A stretch of 64,000 nt of DNA from Paramoeba atlantica (taxonomy: Eukaryota > Protista > Discosea), in assembly GCA_977017575.1 (NCBI GenBank), contig CDRNVI010000053.1:62001-126000 (forward strand), given 5' to 3'. Each line of letters starts with the position of its first letter. Within the stretch, counting starts at the first letter, position 1. The notes beneath the pieces are model-generated. The model was not told the DNA's origin and did no database searches. It saw nothing but the letters and a program-made list of their open reading frames with translations. Made by a program: the position numbers and the translations under genes. Positions 11,051-23,366 of this stretch are shown piece after piece.

Positions 11051-11989
11051 ATGCCCTACAAACCCACTACACTTTGTTACCCTCGTTCACTTTTCCATTT
11101 TTCCTCTATCTCATTTACTACCCTATCCCTTCCTCCCCTCTCGTCCATGACATCCCTTGCTGATTTTTCTACGCCCACCCCCATCACCTCCCCCTACACC
11201 CTCCCCCATCTCCTGGGCGATCTCCTCAGCGCCGTGGTCACCGGTGCGGTCATCTCCCTCCCCGTCACCGTGCTCGATACCACCGTGGTCGAGGGCGTCA
11301 GCCGCCACTGCCACTCCCCCGTCGCCCAGCGTCTGCGCTCCAAGCTCTCCTTCCTGCGACGTCACCCCACACGGTTCTGGAGGCTCCGGGGGTATAAGGA
11401 GATGGTAGCGGTCTATGCCGGGACCTACATGGCGGCCAATCTCACCCAGTCCTACTGGGACACACGCGGTGCGTCCCCTGGGGGGTATAAAGCCCTCACG
11501 ACATGTGCGGTGAATGCCCCGATCTCGATGTGGCGGGACTACCGCTACGCTCCCATGTTTGGTGTCCCCCATGCCAGCGGGTTTCCCATGACCTCGCTGG
11601 TCATGTTCGGGACGCGGGACTTGCTGACCATGTATTGTAGTTTTACCTTGCCAGCGTTGATGCAAAGGAGAGGGGAGGGGAGGGATGCGCAACCACCTGC
11701 TGCGGGTGCTGGTGGTGGGATTATGGATTTCAGGTATGTGTTTACGACGTTGGGATGTCCGATGACAATTCAACTGTTCACCACGGTGATGCATATCCAT
11801 GCATTTGATGTGTACAACCGTCCGGAGGCGGTGGGATGGGCGTCGAGGGTAGAGGTGGTGAGAAATAAGTATGTGCCCTCGGTTTCGCAGCGTATGGCTC
11901 GCGTTCTGGCCGCCTACGGTTGTGGTAACCTCCTGAATGTTTATCTCCGCGATTCGCTACATTCTTCGTGTTCCACAGGTCGTCTTTGA
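11051..11989 (+). CDS. Divergent mitochondrial-carrier-like membrane protein (start possibly at 11147)
   Basis: Hydrophobic helices with motifs VYAGTYMAAN, FGTRDLLTM, QLFTTVMH...DVYNRP, RVLAAYGCGNLLN resembling a protist/fungal carrier-like family. Confidence 0.55.
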   Translation: MPYKPTTLCYPRSLFHFSSISFTTLSLPPLSSMTSLADFSTPTPITSPYTLPHLLGDLLSAVVTGAVISLPVTVLDTTVVEGVSRHCHSPVAQRLRSKLSFLRRHPTRFWRLRGYKEMVAVYAGTYMAANLTQSYWDTRGASPGGYKALTTCAVNAPISMWRDYRYAPMFGVPHASGFPMTSLVMFGTRDLLTMYCSFTLPALMQRRGEGRDAQPPAAGAGGGIMDFRYVFTTLGCPMTIQLFTTVMHIHAFDVYNRPEAVGWASRVEVVRNKYVPSVSQRMARVLAAYGCGNLLNVYLRDSLHSSCSTGRL

Positions 11990-12409
11990 AAAGAGTCGTG
12001 ATAACGTTTGAAATATGTTTACAAGGATGCATGCACGTGAGCGAGTATGAAGCTATTGAGGTTTTGGTCGTATCGAGAACGCTTGACGTCGGAATATACA
12101 TGTGTATACGTGTAATACACATGTACACATCTCCCCCCCCGTGGTACCCCCTGTGTCCAAAACACATGGTTTTGGACTTCCTTCCTAGGTTCTTATTTTA
12201 AATACGGCAGTTTGATAAATAATTTATCAAAAATCTTGGTTTGGGCTGTTTTTCGGGTCACCATATGAGCACTAGGGGTTCCCTGTGAAAAAAGGTACCA
12301 AAGCGCTTCACTAGGGGGACGAAATCTCTCGTTTGCAACGAAAATGAGCAAAAACGGACATAAAAACTCTAAATTCCGCGGGAGCAATTTCAATTGAAAC
12401 CACTGTATA

Positions 12410-13970
12410 CAGGGGGGGTCACGAAAAAGGTGGGGGGTCTAAAATTTGTACCGTGCGTGCTTTTGACCTAATTCCTTCGGCATTCAACAGATCTCGAAAT
12501 TTTAAGACTACTGGCACCATTGTTGCCGCCCCTGAAGCTGATATGACGTCATGATAAAATTTTACTGAATTTTTTACCTGAAAATTCTGCAAAAAATCGG
12601 ATTTTTATCATTTTTTATCATTTTAGCCCATTAATCTATGAATAAAATACCACTTAACTCTTTCTAACACATCTTTTATGCCGAAAACACTTCGCCGCCA
12701 GAGGCGCACCCTCTCGACGCAACAAATCACTTATGAAACACGTGTAATTTGCGTCCATGAGGTACAAAACCAGGGACGTTCGATTACAGACACTGCTGCT
12801 CTTATGAAATGCAGTGAAGCAACTCTCTCTCGATGGGTTAAACGCCACCGGGAGACAGGAGGGTTAGAACGTATAAAATACATACGTAAGAATGCGATTG
12901 ATAATGAAGAGTTTCGAATAATGTTAGAATCTATTGTAGATGAAGAAAATCAACGTAGTCCCATTGGCTGTCCATCTTGGAGGTGGGTTCACCGCCAGAT
13001 CGATCAAACCAAGTACCCATGCTCTCTTTAGTCTGTGAAAAGATCACTGAAAAGGAGCGGGTACATAAGCAGAAAAATGAGGAAAGTTCCTCATCTCACG
13101 CCTCAGCACAAATTCGACCGCCTGGAGTTGGCAAATCGTTTGGAGAGGTTCACCCCTTTTCAATACGCCCGTATTCTGTGGACGGATGAAAAGATTTTTA
13201 AATGCGGGTACCACTCACGCAATATTTGGTACATTTGCAAAAGGTCAGATGAACCCCTTGAGGTACCAAAAGATGTTGAGAAATATTTCGGAGGAAAGGG
13301 GGTTCATATTTGGATTGCGGTGAGCCTTGAATGGGGGGTTCCCAAGGTTCACTGTTTTCATGAGTTTGCGGAGAATGAGACGGTCACTAATGAAACGTTT
13401 CTCTCTGCCATGACAAAACGAAATGATTTCTACAACTGGTTAAAGCGTAAACCAGCGGCAACAGTGATCATGGATAACGCTCCGGGCCATAATCACGCTC
13501 GCCGCGTCGGCAGAGACATGGGTATCAGCATTCCTGATTGGCCTGCCAAGTCGCCGGATTTAAATTTAATCGAAAATTTGTGGAGCATGATGGATCACCA
13601 CATAAAATTTACTCTCCGCCCCACAAACCGTAAGGAACTACAAGCTGCAATTCCAAAAGCGCTTGATTATCTATTATCTGATATGAAAGCATCGTATAAT
13701 AATACTTTGACGAGCTTCCCGTCCCGAATCAGACTTCTTTGAGAAAAAAAACGGGGGATCAATAATGAAATAATGAGAAAATCCAAATATGCAAAAAACA
13801 AAAAAACCTGTTTTTTGCCGACTCATCATTATCACTCAACCTTATATGCCTAAGTAGTTATAACTCACGTAGTCTTAAAATTTCGAGATCTGTTGAATGC
13901 CGAAGGAATTAGGTCAAAAGCTCGCACGGTACAAATTTTAGACCCCCCACTCTTTTCGTGACCCCCCCTG
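12410..13970 (+). mobile_element. Tc1/IS630-family DNA transposon, full length, TA target duplication
   Basis: ~102-bp near-perfect TIRs (12410-12511 / 13869-13970) starting CAGGGGGGGTCACGAAAA; TA at 12408-12409 and 13971-13972. Confidence 0.95.
12678..13742 (+). pseudogene. Tc1-like transposase (DD32E) with one in-frame TAG at 13029-13031
   Basis: ORFs 12678 and 13035 share a frame; HTH N-terminus, WTDEK, IMDNAPGH, WPAKSPDLNLIENLW. Confidence 0.9.
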
Positions 13971-14270
13971 TATAGTGTATACCATACATACATGTATAAT
14001 ATAACGTGTATACTACACACTTTCATTGCGCGAATCGAAAAATCGAAAAACGAGTGTGTAATAAATTTAGACCTCGGAATGTTATAAACTTGGACGATTC
14101 GGGGTGGAATGTGTAATGCTTTAACGATCGAAAGCCGAAAAAAAGATTTTTTATTAATCATCCATGTACCCGCTTGTTTTTCTTCCTTCATTCACCACTA
14201 GTAGGGTGGCATTTAAATAAACCTGTATTCATTTCCCTCGACAGTACATCTTATTAGTTGAAAAAACATA

Positions 14271-15131
14271 ATGCAGCGCAGTGTTGCCAGGCTACGAAAA
14301 GAATATTTGTTCCAAAAGCAAAAAGAGCATACTTCTGAATCAGTGCACGCCTCTAAAGAGAAACTGCGGCACGCTTTGAAAACGAATACGCCCATTCCGG
14401 GAGATTTGAAAAGAACCGGACGAAGCTTAAAGAATGCTATTGAACTGGAGGATGAAGCGACGAAAGCGTCACATACCACAGAAGAAGACGAGTACGATTT
14501 GGCTGGGGTGGAAGACCCTCGCGTTCTCCTGACTACTACGCACGACCCATCACAAAAACTTTTACAATTTTCGAAGGAACTGAAGCTGTTGTTTCCCAAC
14601 AGCACAAGAATTAACCGTGGCAATTTGTCAATGTCAGAAATGATGGAAGTCGCTCGAGGTGAGACTTTTACAGACGTCATTATTATTGGTGAGACTCAGG
14701 GTGTTCCCGACTCGTTGATGTTGAGTCACCTACCTATTGGCCCTACATTATACCTAACTCTTTTCAACGTTATTATGCGTCACGATATTGAAGAAAGGGT
14801 TCCTGTCTCTGAACAGTATCCGCATCTCATATTTGAAAATTTCACGACGAAATTGGGGCAGCGAATACAAAAAATATTGCAATATTTATTTCCTGTTCCG
14901 AAAGAAACGAGTACCCGGGTTATGACTTTTGCAAATGAAAATGATTTCATTAGTTTTCGACACCACACGTTTTCAAAACAGGGTAAAGAAATACTTTTGA
15001 CCGAGATTGGCCCACGCCTAGAAATGCGACCTTATCAGATTAAGCAAGGTACTTTTGAAATGAAAGAAGCAGAGAAAGAGTGGTCCTTGGCAGTTTATAC
15101 CAACACGTCCAAAAAACGTCGCCTGCTGTAG
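14271..15131 (+). CDS. IMP4: U3 snoRNP protein IMP4 (Brix domain)
   Basis: RLRKEYLF, EDEY...GVEDPRVLLTT.HDPS..L.QF.KEL, RINRG, HLP.GPT, EIGPRLEMRPY.I..GT. Confidence 0.95.
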   Translation: MQRSVARLRKEYLFQKQKEHTSESVHASKEKLRHALKTNTPIPGDLKRTGRSLKNAIELEDEATKASHTTEEDEYDLAGVEDPRVLLTTTHDPSQKLLQFSKELKLLFPNSTRINRGNLSMSEMMEVARGETFTDVIIIGETQGVPDSLMLSHLPIGPTLYLTLFNVIMRHDIEERVPVSEQYPHLIFENFTTKLGQRIQKILQYLFPVPKETSTRVMTFANENDFISFRHHTFSKQGKEILLTEIGPRLEMRPYQIKQGTFEMKEAEKEWSLAVYTNTSKKRRLL

Positions 15132-15534
15132 AGAAGTTGTTGCTTGAATACTTCATGTAGAACGAATAAAACTTAGGTAGTCTAAGAGTGGATTCTCTTT
15201 TATGTGGTTTTCGTTTACTATACCCCCCTACATAATTGTCACCCCCCACCCCCTACTTATTTTTCATTTCTGGGAAAAGAAAGTGAATTCCCCCCCCCCT
15301 CCTACATAATTGTCAATCAGAAAAAGCGGCGCCGATTTTTTTTATCCCATTTGTGTCGAAAAAAAATGTTATTGTCAGATTATACACTATTTAGATTAAA
15401 ATTACTCTTTAACTGTAAAACCTCATTGCACGCAATTTAGATTTAAAAACTACTTCGTTACGTCTACTTCCGTTTTTAATATTTTTAGATTATTCCGCCT
15501 CATGATTCTCCGAGGCAGAAGAAGATTACGAGCA

Positions 15535-15710
15535 GCCTCTCTCTCCCCTCCACATCTCAGTAACCTTCAACCCCACTCTCTTTCTCACTCTCCTCCACAC
15601 GACAGTAACCTTTAACATCGCTCTCTCTCCCTTCTGCACGACAGTAACCTTCAACCCCGCTCTCTCTCTCTCTCTTCCACACGACAGTAACCTTCAATCC
15701 CACTCAACGA
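15535..15710. repeat. CT-rich degenerate tandem repeat (CACGACAGTAACCTTCAAC core) x ~4-5
   Basis: Seen directly. Confidence 0.8.
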
Positions 15711-15979
15711 TAGCATGTCTTGCCAATTGCGTATGCGCTCTTCAACGTTGGTAGCAAGATGCTGGGTGCACCCATTTACTCGACGAAGAGAGATGTTTGC
15801 CCACTTCCAAAAATTTAACCAAAAGTACTGCTGTCCAGCGTCAGTCAGACTTCGAAAATGAGAAGATGTCTCATTAAAGAAGCTGGCCATACCTTTCGTT
15901 ACACAAACGAGTGCGTCTCTTAATAACTGAGCTGTTTCTGCCCCCTCCTTATAAAATTTATAAAATTTATTTCATGAAT

Positions 15980-17140
15980 TTTCAAAGGTGGGTGAACCTG
16001 GTGCTGACGACCGTAACCTTGACGAACAATTTTGCTGGAAAGATTTCTTTTTCGCGTATTTTTTCCGAATTGTGGCCCAACCGACCAGAGTGTTACATGC
16101 GGGACCCCCTCCGGTACCTGGTCGCCCCGACCACGAAGCCCGGAGCTTCGGTGCGTTTGTGGCGCAACCCTCAGAAATGAGTTTTGCGTGCACGCACTTG
16201 GGTGCAAAAAGGTGAAGGGGAAAACCCAGGCCTACCGACACAAGGAGGTCAAGGAGGCCTTCAGAAACCTCCTAATTCGTTACGGATTTTAAGCTTATGT
16301 AGACGTAAGCTTATGTACCTTGTTGGTACATTTTCCTTTAGTTCATCTTTTCTTTTCCCGGCAACGGGCACAGTCTTACTGTTTGTATGCCCGTTGCCGG
16401 CCGGCGCTAAGACCGAAGCTGTCCCTCTTTCTCGGCGAAGCAGGGGAAGCGCTTCCACCCCATCACCCCTCCCCGGCTCACTCTTTGAGTGAGTTTACTT
16501 CCCTCCCCGGCTTTCTTACCTTCGCGCCTTTCCTTCCTGGGGAGCCATGCGCCATGGTGGCCTCCCTTGAGGACCACTGGGCGTGGCTCTTCCTCGTTTT
16601 ATCTCGAGGCAGCGGTCGGTTGCCGTGCCCCCCCCCCGGGCTGCGTAAAGAGGTGGTGCGTTGCCTGGACCACCTCTACCGACTGGGACCGAGTCGGTTG
16701 CAGTAAAGAGAGGGCTGCCGTAAGAGAGGGCCCGTAGAGGGCTGCGTCAAGAGAGGGCGAATTGCCTGGACCACCTCTACCAACAGTCCGTGCTAAACCC
16801 CCTTGGTGCGACATCTGTTGTGGGCAGATCGTGTGCCGACGACAAGGAGGCCGGCACCATCCCACACCCTCAGGCTAGCCGAGGTCAACAAGCGCCGGTA
16901 ACATGAAGAGATGGCCGTAGTCAGGGGGATGGATTTCTATCCCTTGGCCTTCACCACCTATGGGGTCCCCGGCCCGGACACCCTTAATTTTCTCAACAAA
17001 GTGGCCAGGTCCCACACATCCGACAAAAACGGATGCCTTTCTCACATCCTGAGTGCAATAGGGGTGGCCATACAGAAAGGCAACGCCCAGATCGTTCAGG
17101 CGGCCGTACAGGACTAGTACCGCCGCGGGGTACAGGGATA
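15980..17140 (+). mobile_element. Degenerate 3' part of a CRE-like (RLE) non-LTR retrotransposon
   Basis: Zinc knuckle CVCG...HALGC...RHKEV (16150-16290) and RLE tail EVNKRR*...PLAFTTYG...GVAIQKGNA (16880-17117). Confidence 0.8.
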
Positions 17141-17488
17141 GGGGGTTTACAGGGAACACAAAAAAATGTACTAATAATATTAGTAGAATTCGAGGCGCCG
17201 TTTTCTCCCCCTTCATTGTTTCATTTTATATCTGTTTTTCACGTATTTTTCATTGATCTTTCCTCTCCCCTAATTAGTGTTTAAGTTTGACCAATTCTAC
17301 TAAACACTAAACAGCGGGGGGCGGTAGTATAAATATGTAAGTTCATGGTTTTTGCACCTGTCCTCTTTTTGGGTTAGTATAATTTCATTTGCAATGCACT
17401 TTTTCTTTCCTGGTGTTTCGCGCTCCGCCTCATTTGCCAAGGAAATACAATAGGGGCTCTTTAAGGGCGTGTTAATAGATTACTATAA

Positions 17489-20400
17489 ATGGCACACTTT
17501 CTGAGCAGTGTCACGCACGCGATTCTAAATCATCGTCGCGAAGGCAATACAAGAAGCACAGCATCAGGAATTCAGCAATGTGGCACTTTTTCGGATTTCA
17601 TTCGCTGCGCCGCACGAGTAGAAGATTTCACCGTCAGTGATCCGCCACATACCTCGATTTGGACTGGTGATCAGAGCGGAGCGTTGACCGTTCGTGCCCC
17701 TCACGACGGAGCATCGATCTTTTCGTTCGAACGAAATTCAAAGGCGTTTGTTTTCGCAATGCTTTACTACGCTCCACATTTGTGGTTGGGCTTGAGCGAT
17801 GGTCATGTGATAGTATTAAATGTGCAAATGCTACAAATTGTATTAGAGTGCAAACCACACACCTCCGCCGTCACGAGTTTTACGGCTGCACAGAATTTTG
17901 TTTACTCTTCCAGTTGCGACTTTGGAATTCTACAGTGGAACGCCGCTTCCCTGAGAATCCTAGCATTTGGTAGAATGTGTGCCCATCATTACCCTGTGCA
18001 ATGTCTAGTTTCGAGCCGCAACTGGATTTACTCAGCGGATTCAGATGGTTTAATTCATGTATGGGACGTTCATTGGCCCAAAAGCCCACAGAGTCCCATT
18101 TTCAGCCTCTGTGGACACCGGGCAGAAGTGACAGTGCTTACTCTCGTGGATGACACACTCTACAGTGGTGACCGTTCAGGCGTTTTATTGATGTGGGATA
18201 TACAGATGAGACGTCCTGCAAAGAGGTTTCGTGGAGAGAATTCTGTTTGCCTTAGTTTGTACTATGACCAACTATCAAGACACCTTTGGTGCGGGTACGG
18301 AAATGGCAAGATACATATTTATGACGTGGACACGCATCGGCCGTTGGGATATCTAAGCGAGCATACGGGAAGTGCAGTGTGTCTCATACAGCATGTGAGC
18401 TATGAACGAATTTTGTACGTAGTACAAATTTGTGATGCTGGTCGCGTAGTTATCTCCTATCTTGCAAAGCTTAACGCAAAGGGTATTAATAGTGGCAGAC
18501 AAGGCGTCTATATCGGCGAGCAGTACATACTGAGCAGGAAAATATCAGCCTGCAATGAACTTCGCAAGGTGTCATGGTGTCGAATAAACGCCTTACGAAA
18601 AGAGTTCACAAAGTTAAGAGCGCTGGCATTGTTAAGGGTGTCCAATCTAAAAGATCATCGAATAATAAGAAATGCACTCCTGAAATGGAGAAAAAAAAGT
18701 GCTGACCACTTTACTTGCGGCGTACATCTCGTAAAACAAATGAGAATAGGTCTGTTGCGGAACATCTTTTCACATTTTTCTTGCTGGCACTCGTATCCCT
18801 ATGAAGAAAGAACCAGACGACTAACAATGCACAGTCTTCCGAAGGCCTTGACCTTCGAATTTCACCGGTGTCGCCACAATACTGTGACCCGCTTTGAACA
18901 AACAATTTTACGGCGGCTACATCAGCAGTGTATGTGTGATTTACAAAAAAAATTCTTTAATCAAATTATGCTCGCGAAGCGTGCTGTCTATTGGCGCACG
19001 TGGGCGTTGTTCTTGAAAAGCAGCACAGAAAAAGAAATATTAATAGCGTGTTCTGAACAGGTTCGCACTACTGTTTCGTCACGAGTTTTAATACACGCTT
19101 GGACCAAATGGGATCATCTGATAAATCAAAAAAAAACTTGTAAAGGATATACTCCCAATCCTTCTTTGCCATACCGTCAGTACCTTCTTAGAAACGCTTT
19201 TGCTCGATGGAAGGACGTGCTTGGCTCTTGTCGAACAAGTGAACGAAGCAGGAGACTCGCTTTGTGGCTGTGCCATAAAAATTCTGTGATACAACAACGA
19301 TTTCATTGGACGCGCCTAAAGCACCATTCTCATGTCTCTCGAATAGGACGTCTGAAAAGCTACAGCGCAGATTCAGAATTGTTGAACAAGGAAGCTTCGC
19401 CGAAACCGGTTCCCACGTTTGAGCTTGAATCAGAGACGAGTGATGCGTCCTCCGAAGTACGAAGAATGCAGTTTCAATGTGTTCAAATAGAAAATTTGCG
19501 CGATCATTATAAGAACGAATTGCAGCAAATACATGAAAGAACGATCACACATTATTCGGAGCCACACTGCGAGCAGGAAACGGAAGAATTTTACATCTTA
19601 ATCCACACACTGAAGGCCAAGTGTATGAATTGCATGGAGTGCCTGGAAATGATTGGAATGTCGCATGCTCACGCCAGTAAAAATGCTGCTATGCTTTTCC
19701 TTCGTGGTTCTTCTAATTTGGAACGGTTGCTCATAAGAAGCGTGCAATCCGAAGCGTTATATTCTAAAACCGATCCTTGTGCATGGAATGCTTCCAGTGG
19801 TGCACTATTTAAAATTAAAAATTCTCAAAAGCTGTGGAAGCGTTTTCTGTTAGCGATTGTGCAGATAATTCTTTCGTGCGATAGCGCAGTAGGGGACAAT
19901 TTTTCTGCTGCCTCTTCAGAGATGTATAAGCAAATTCAAAACCGCAAACAGATTCTAGTACGAAATTATATACTAATCCTGGGTCTTGCGGCGCATTGTT
20001 TCACTGCATGTAGCAACAAAAAGAATAGTGCGGGAAGAACATGTCCAAGACATAAACTACATCCATTTGATCAACTTTACCCAAGAGAAAGTGATTCTCG
20101 TTCTTCCGTGGAGTACGTTTCTAAAGATTCTCACTTCTCACGGCTTGACTCGGTTTCTCCTTCCTATTCCGAAGCGTCTCTTCTCAGCGCGACTCTGTCC
20201 AGTCTGGATATTGCTTCCGTTAATATTGATCTAGGCCTGAAGCTCGCTGAGGTTCCTCACCCTACAGGTATTGTGGTTGAGAGTGTACAACCCGACGGAG
20301 CCGCATCGGACGCCGGATTACATTCAGATGATGTTCTCGTGTACTTTGGCGGCTCATCCTTGCGACACAAGAAAACTTTGCAAGCCTTTTTTTCGGCTCT

Positions 20401-20566
20401 TGGAAGACACGCCGTTCCTGGGGAGTTTGTTAGCATTGTCTACCTGAGGGACGGATCACCTCACTCTACGGATCTGTTAATACCTGAGGATGCGCGTGAT
20501 ATGTTCGATTTGGATAGGGTTGAAAAAGATAAAATAGAACTTGAAATAGAACACACGGATGCATAA
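17489..20566 (+). CDS. WD40-repeat protein with C-terminal PDZ-like domain
   Basis: N-terminal WD repeats (SADSDGLIHVWD, GHRAEVTVL, SGDRSGVLLMWD); C-terminal GIVVESVQPDGAASDAGLHSDDVLVYFGG. Confidence 0.85.
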   Translation: MAHFLSSVTHAILNHRREGNTRSTASGIQQCGTFSDFIRCAARVEDFTVSDPPHTSIWTGDQSGALTVRAPHDGASIFSFERNSKAFVFAMLYYAPHLWLGLSDGHVIVLNVQMLQIVLECKPHTSAVTSFTAAQNFVYSSSCDFGILQWNAASLRILAFGRMCAHHYPVQCLVSSRNWIYSADSDGLIHVWDVHWPKSPQSPIFSLCGHRAEVTVLTLVDDTLYSGDRSGVLLMWDIQMRRPAKRFRGENSVCLSLYYDQLSRHLWCGYGNGKIHIYDVDTHRPLGYLSEHTGSAVCLIQHVSYERILYVVQICDAGRVVISYLAKLNAKGINSGRQGVYIGEQYILSRKISACNELRKVSWCRINALRKEFTKLRALALLRVSNLKDHRIIRNALLKWRKKSADHFTCGVHLVKQMRIGLLRNIFSHFSCWHSYPYEERTRRLTMHSLPKALTFEFHRCRHNTVTRFEQTILRRLHQQCMCDLQKKFFNQIMLAKRAVYWRTWALFLKSSTEKEILIACSEQVRTTVSSRVLIHAWTKWDHLINQKKTCKGYTPNPSLPYRQYLLRNAFARWKDVLGSCRTSERSRRLALWLCHKNSVIQQRFHWTRLKHHSHVSRIGRLKSYSADSELLNKEASPKPVPTFELESETSDASSEVRRMQFQCVQIENLRDHYKNELQQIHERTITHYSEPHCEQETEEFYILIHTLKAKCMNCMECLEMIGMSHAHASKNAAMLFLRGSSNLERLLIRSVQSEALYSKTDPCAWNASSGALFKIKNSQKLWKRFLLAIVQIILSCDSAVGDNFSAASSEMYKQIQNRKQILVRNYILILGLAAHCFTACSNKKNSAGRTCPRHKLHPFDQLYPRESDSRSSVEYVSKDSHFSRLDSVSPSYSEASLLSATLSSLDIASVNIDLGLKLAEVPHPTGIVVESVQPDGAASDAGLHSDDVLVYFGGSSLRHKKTLQAFFSALGRHAVPGEFVSIVYLRDGSPHSTDLLIPEDARDMFDLDRVEKDKIELEIEHTDA

Positions 20567-21179
20567 AGAAGACTAATTCTTTGTGATGGCTTCGATATTA
20601 ATGTCTCGTAAAAAGCATTATGTTTTTCACTCTGCATGTAAAAAAGTATTTATAAAAAGGTATTTCAAAGGGTTCGGATTGCGGCTGACGGGTTGGGGAT
20701 ATGCTATATCCTATTGTGGAGTTCTGGCTTTATACAGAGCGAATCCGGTCAGATTGAACGAAGTTTGCACACTTTGCAAAACAAATTCTAAAAGTGATTA
20801 AATATCAACGAATTCCAAAGAAAATCAAAATGATGCAGACAATACGATTTCCGCACAAAACAATGCCACATCCAACAAAACTCGTACCAGCGGGCTTAAC
20901 CTCACTAAACGGAAGACGTGTGACACAGTTCATTTCAAGACACCCACAACAAAACCCACCATCAAAGTGATTGACCATGATTTCACCCGTACCTGAGAAC
21001 GTAAAAAGGTCAAAGATACTAGCAAAGATTCAAAACTATATATTTTGCAAGCAACAGAAACAAAAAATAATAATAAGAAAGATCGTTTTTATTGTTTTTG
21101 AAAAAAAGTGCTAACTTCGTTCAATTCCACCGCGAATCCCACGAGTCGCCGTGGAAAACGTTCTTGAAAAAGATTACAA

Positions 21180-21275
21180 AATCATGGCTTTGGGAGTAGC
21201 CATACAGAAGGGGAACGCTCAGATAGCGCACGCCGCAAAATTGGTACAAAATTGGTACCGTAGCGGCGTGCGCTA
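21180..21275 (+). mobile_element. CRE-like 3'-end remnant
   Basis: Translates IMALGVAIQKGNAQIAHAAK...YRSGVR*, homologous to 17050-17130. Confidence 0.8.
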
Positions 21276-21819
21276 GCTGGGCTTTGCGGATTTTGTAACT
21301 CTTTTCCTATGCTATTGATAGCTCTACGGTGGATTACAAAAACATATTTTTTTTCGGTTGAGCTCTTCCACAGATCTTCACGAATCCGCTGTTAATTTCC
21401 AAAAAATCTATCTCATAGCAGACTGGAGAACCGTTCCAAAAACGCATGATCGACCCTATACGAGAGCGTTTTTACACTCGCCTCGAGTATTCTGGAAAAA
21501 GCACTCGCGGTCTTCACGATTTAAGTTTTTATTTTAACGATTCTAAGTTTTTCGCAGTCGACTGCAGGTTTCTACCAAGTTCAATGCCGTTGGCAGTGAT
21601 AAAGTGAGCTTGGATGATAACAGAGGGTTCAAAAAATGACAAAAAAAACATTTTACTCCGGGAAACCGAAATAACGACCATGCTTAATAAAAAACATTAA
21701 TTTTTGTCCCACGAATATTAACGACATTAAATTTTGGATTCATTGCATAAGTTTCACAGTAGACAGTTTCTAACACCGGTATAGTTTCTAAAAGGTTAAC
21801 ATCAGGCTAACGTTCATAA

Positions 21820-22977
21820 ATGATATCCAGAAAGCAAATAATTGTAGACACATCCCACGCCGATAAGACGACTCGAGACGTGAATGACAATCATTCGACA
21901 ACGGAAGACGTTGCCCTATTATCTCTTTATGCTCGTACGGAGGGGAGATACCATATACTGCTTGATCCGAGTCACGTTTTGTCAGGTTTTAAAAGAAGCC
22001 AGCCTGAAAGTGGTGCTTTGCATCTAGAGTTTTTCAGGGTAAAAAACTCTACTAAGGCAATAAATATGCGTAAGAATGATCGACTGTATGGAATCCTAAA
22101 CTTTCACCCTCCATGTCAGTCCACGGAAGTAGAAATAGTCGAAGTGAGGGAAACATCAGACTACTTTATTAAGTCCCCGCATTCCTCGTGGGGGTGCGAG
22201 ATGGAATGCGACTCAAATAACAAAAACTCACAAACTTCCTGTACTTTGCTAAAAAAGGGAAAGTATTATAATATTACCCCCTTCGATGTTACCTGGATGA
22301 TGCTTTCATACCTTGAAACAGCAACGTGTTCTGTGGAAAGACGAGATTGCACCGAATCATCATTCTCTTTTACACAGACGTTTCGCGAATTTCAAGAGCT
22401 CAAATATGAGATATTACACAATTTTGATGACTTGAATTGTCATTTTGGAAGCAAAACGGGTAAATCAATTAATATTTTCCGGTCCATAATAGATACAGAG
22501 CTTGGTAATACGGGATGTTACGGGTTGCTTAACCTTTTGTGCGATACGAAGAAATCACCTTTAGACCCACTAGAGACTGGATACGCTTTGAGCAAGGAAA
22601 AAACGCTGAAATGGATCTCATCCAAAGTTGAAAGGATTGTATTATTGACTGAATTTGCAGACTCTTTAAGATTTTCCTCGCGTGATACTTACGCGGCGTC
22701 CTGTGTATCGATTCTATGTGAGGAATACCTTACTGATGCGCCACTGTGTACTTCATGGATTAGAGAAAAATATAAAGTTGCGAACACCAACAATGCAAAT
22801 ACTAGTGTGAGCCCCGGTCAGATCATGATCAACAGTCATTTTGAGCGACCAGCATCAAAACCTACAACATACCAAAATTTAGGTGAAAAGAAATGGACGA
22901 AGTCACAACGAGGTTTGAATCAACCCACCCATCTCCATGGCATAAAGAGCATAACTTCTTTTTTTAGGAAAAAGTGA
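21820..22977 (+). CDS. RNASEH2B: Ribonuclease H2 subunit B-like protein
   Basis: ITPFDVTWM..., YALSKEKTLKWISSKVERI and C-terminal PIP-box-like KSITSFF. Confidence 0.7.
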   Translation: MISRKQIIVDTSHADKTTRDVNDNHSTTEDVALLSLYARTEGRYHILLDPSHVLSGFKRSQPESGALHLEFFRVKNSTKAINMRKNDRLYGILNFHPPCQSTEVEIVEVRETSDYFIKSPHSSWGCEMECDSNNKNSQTSCTLLKKGKYYNITPFDVTWMMLSYLETATCSVERRDCTESSFSFTQTFREFQELKYEILHNFDDLNCHFGSKTGKSINIFRSIIDTELGNTGCYGLLNLLCDTKKSPLDPLETGYALSKEKTLKWISSKVERIVLLTEFADSLRFSSRDTYAASCVSILCEEYLTDAPLCTSWIREKYKVANTNNANTSVSPGQIMINSHFERPASKPTTYQNLGEKKWTKSQRGLNQPTHLHGIKSITSFFRKK

Positions 22978-23215
22978 CCACAATGATTGGTTTACATATG
23001 CACCCCTTGATATGAATAAGGCGCGGATATCTTTCGCACCGATGACCCATGTAATTTAAGGTAAAACTTTCCCGTTCACGATTTTCAGTTCTGTATTATC
23101 CCGACGTTTTCAAACCTCTTTTTCTCGAAAACTACGAAGAACCATACTTACACCCCCGTTCCCCCTGTTTTTCCAGGTATTACATCTGTACATGTATGTG
23201 AGGGGCTGCGGGTAT

Positions 23216-23366
23216 GATCTCGCGTGATCTCACGTGATCTCGTTTTGAGATCGTCCAACCACCCTCCCGAACCAAATCCGCTCTCGAGAGATCTCGCGTG
23301 ATCTCACGTGATCTCGCATGATTTCGCGTGATCTCGCATGATCTCGCGTGATCTCAAGTGATCTCG
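23216..23366. repeat. 10-bp tandem repeat GATCTCGCGT (two clusters)
   Basis: Seen directly. Confidence 0.9.
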
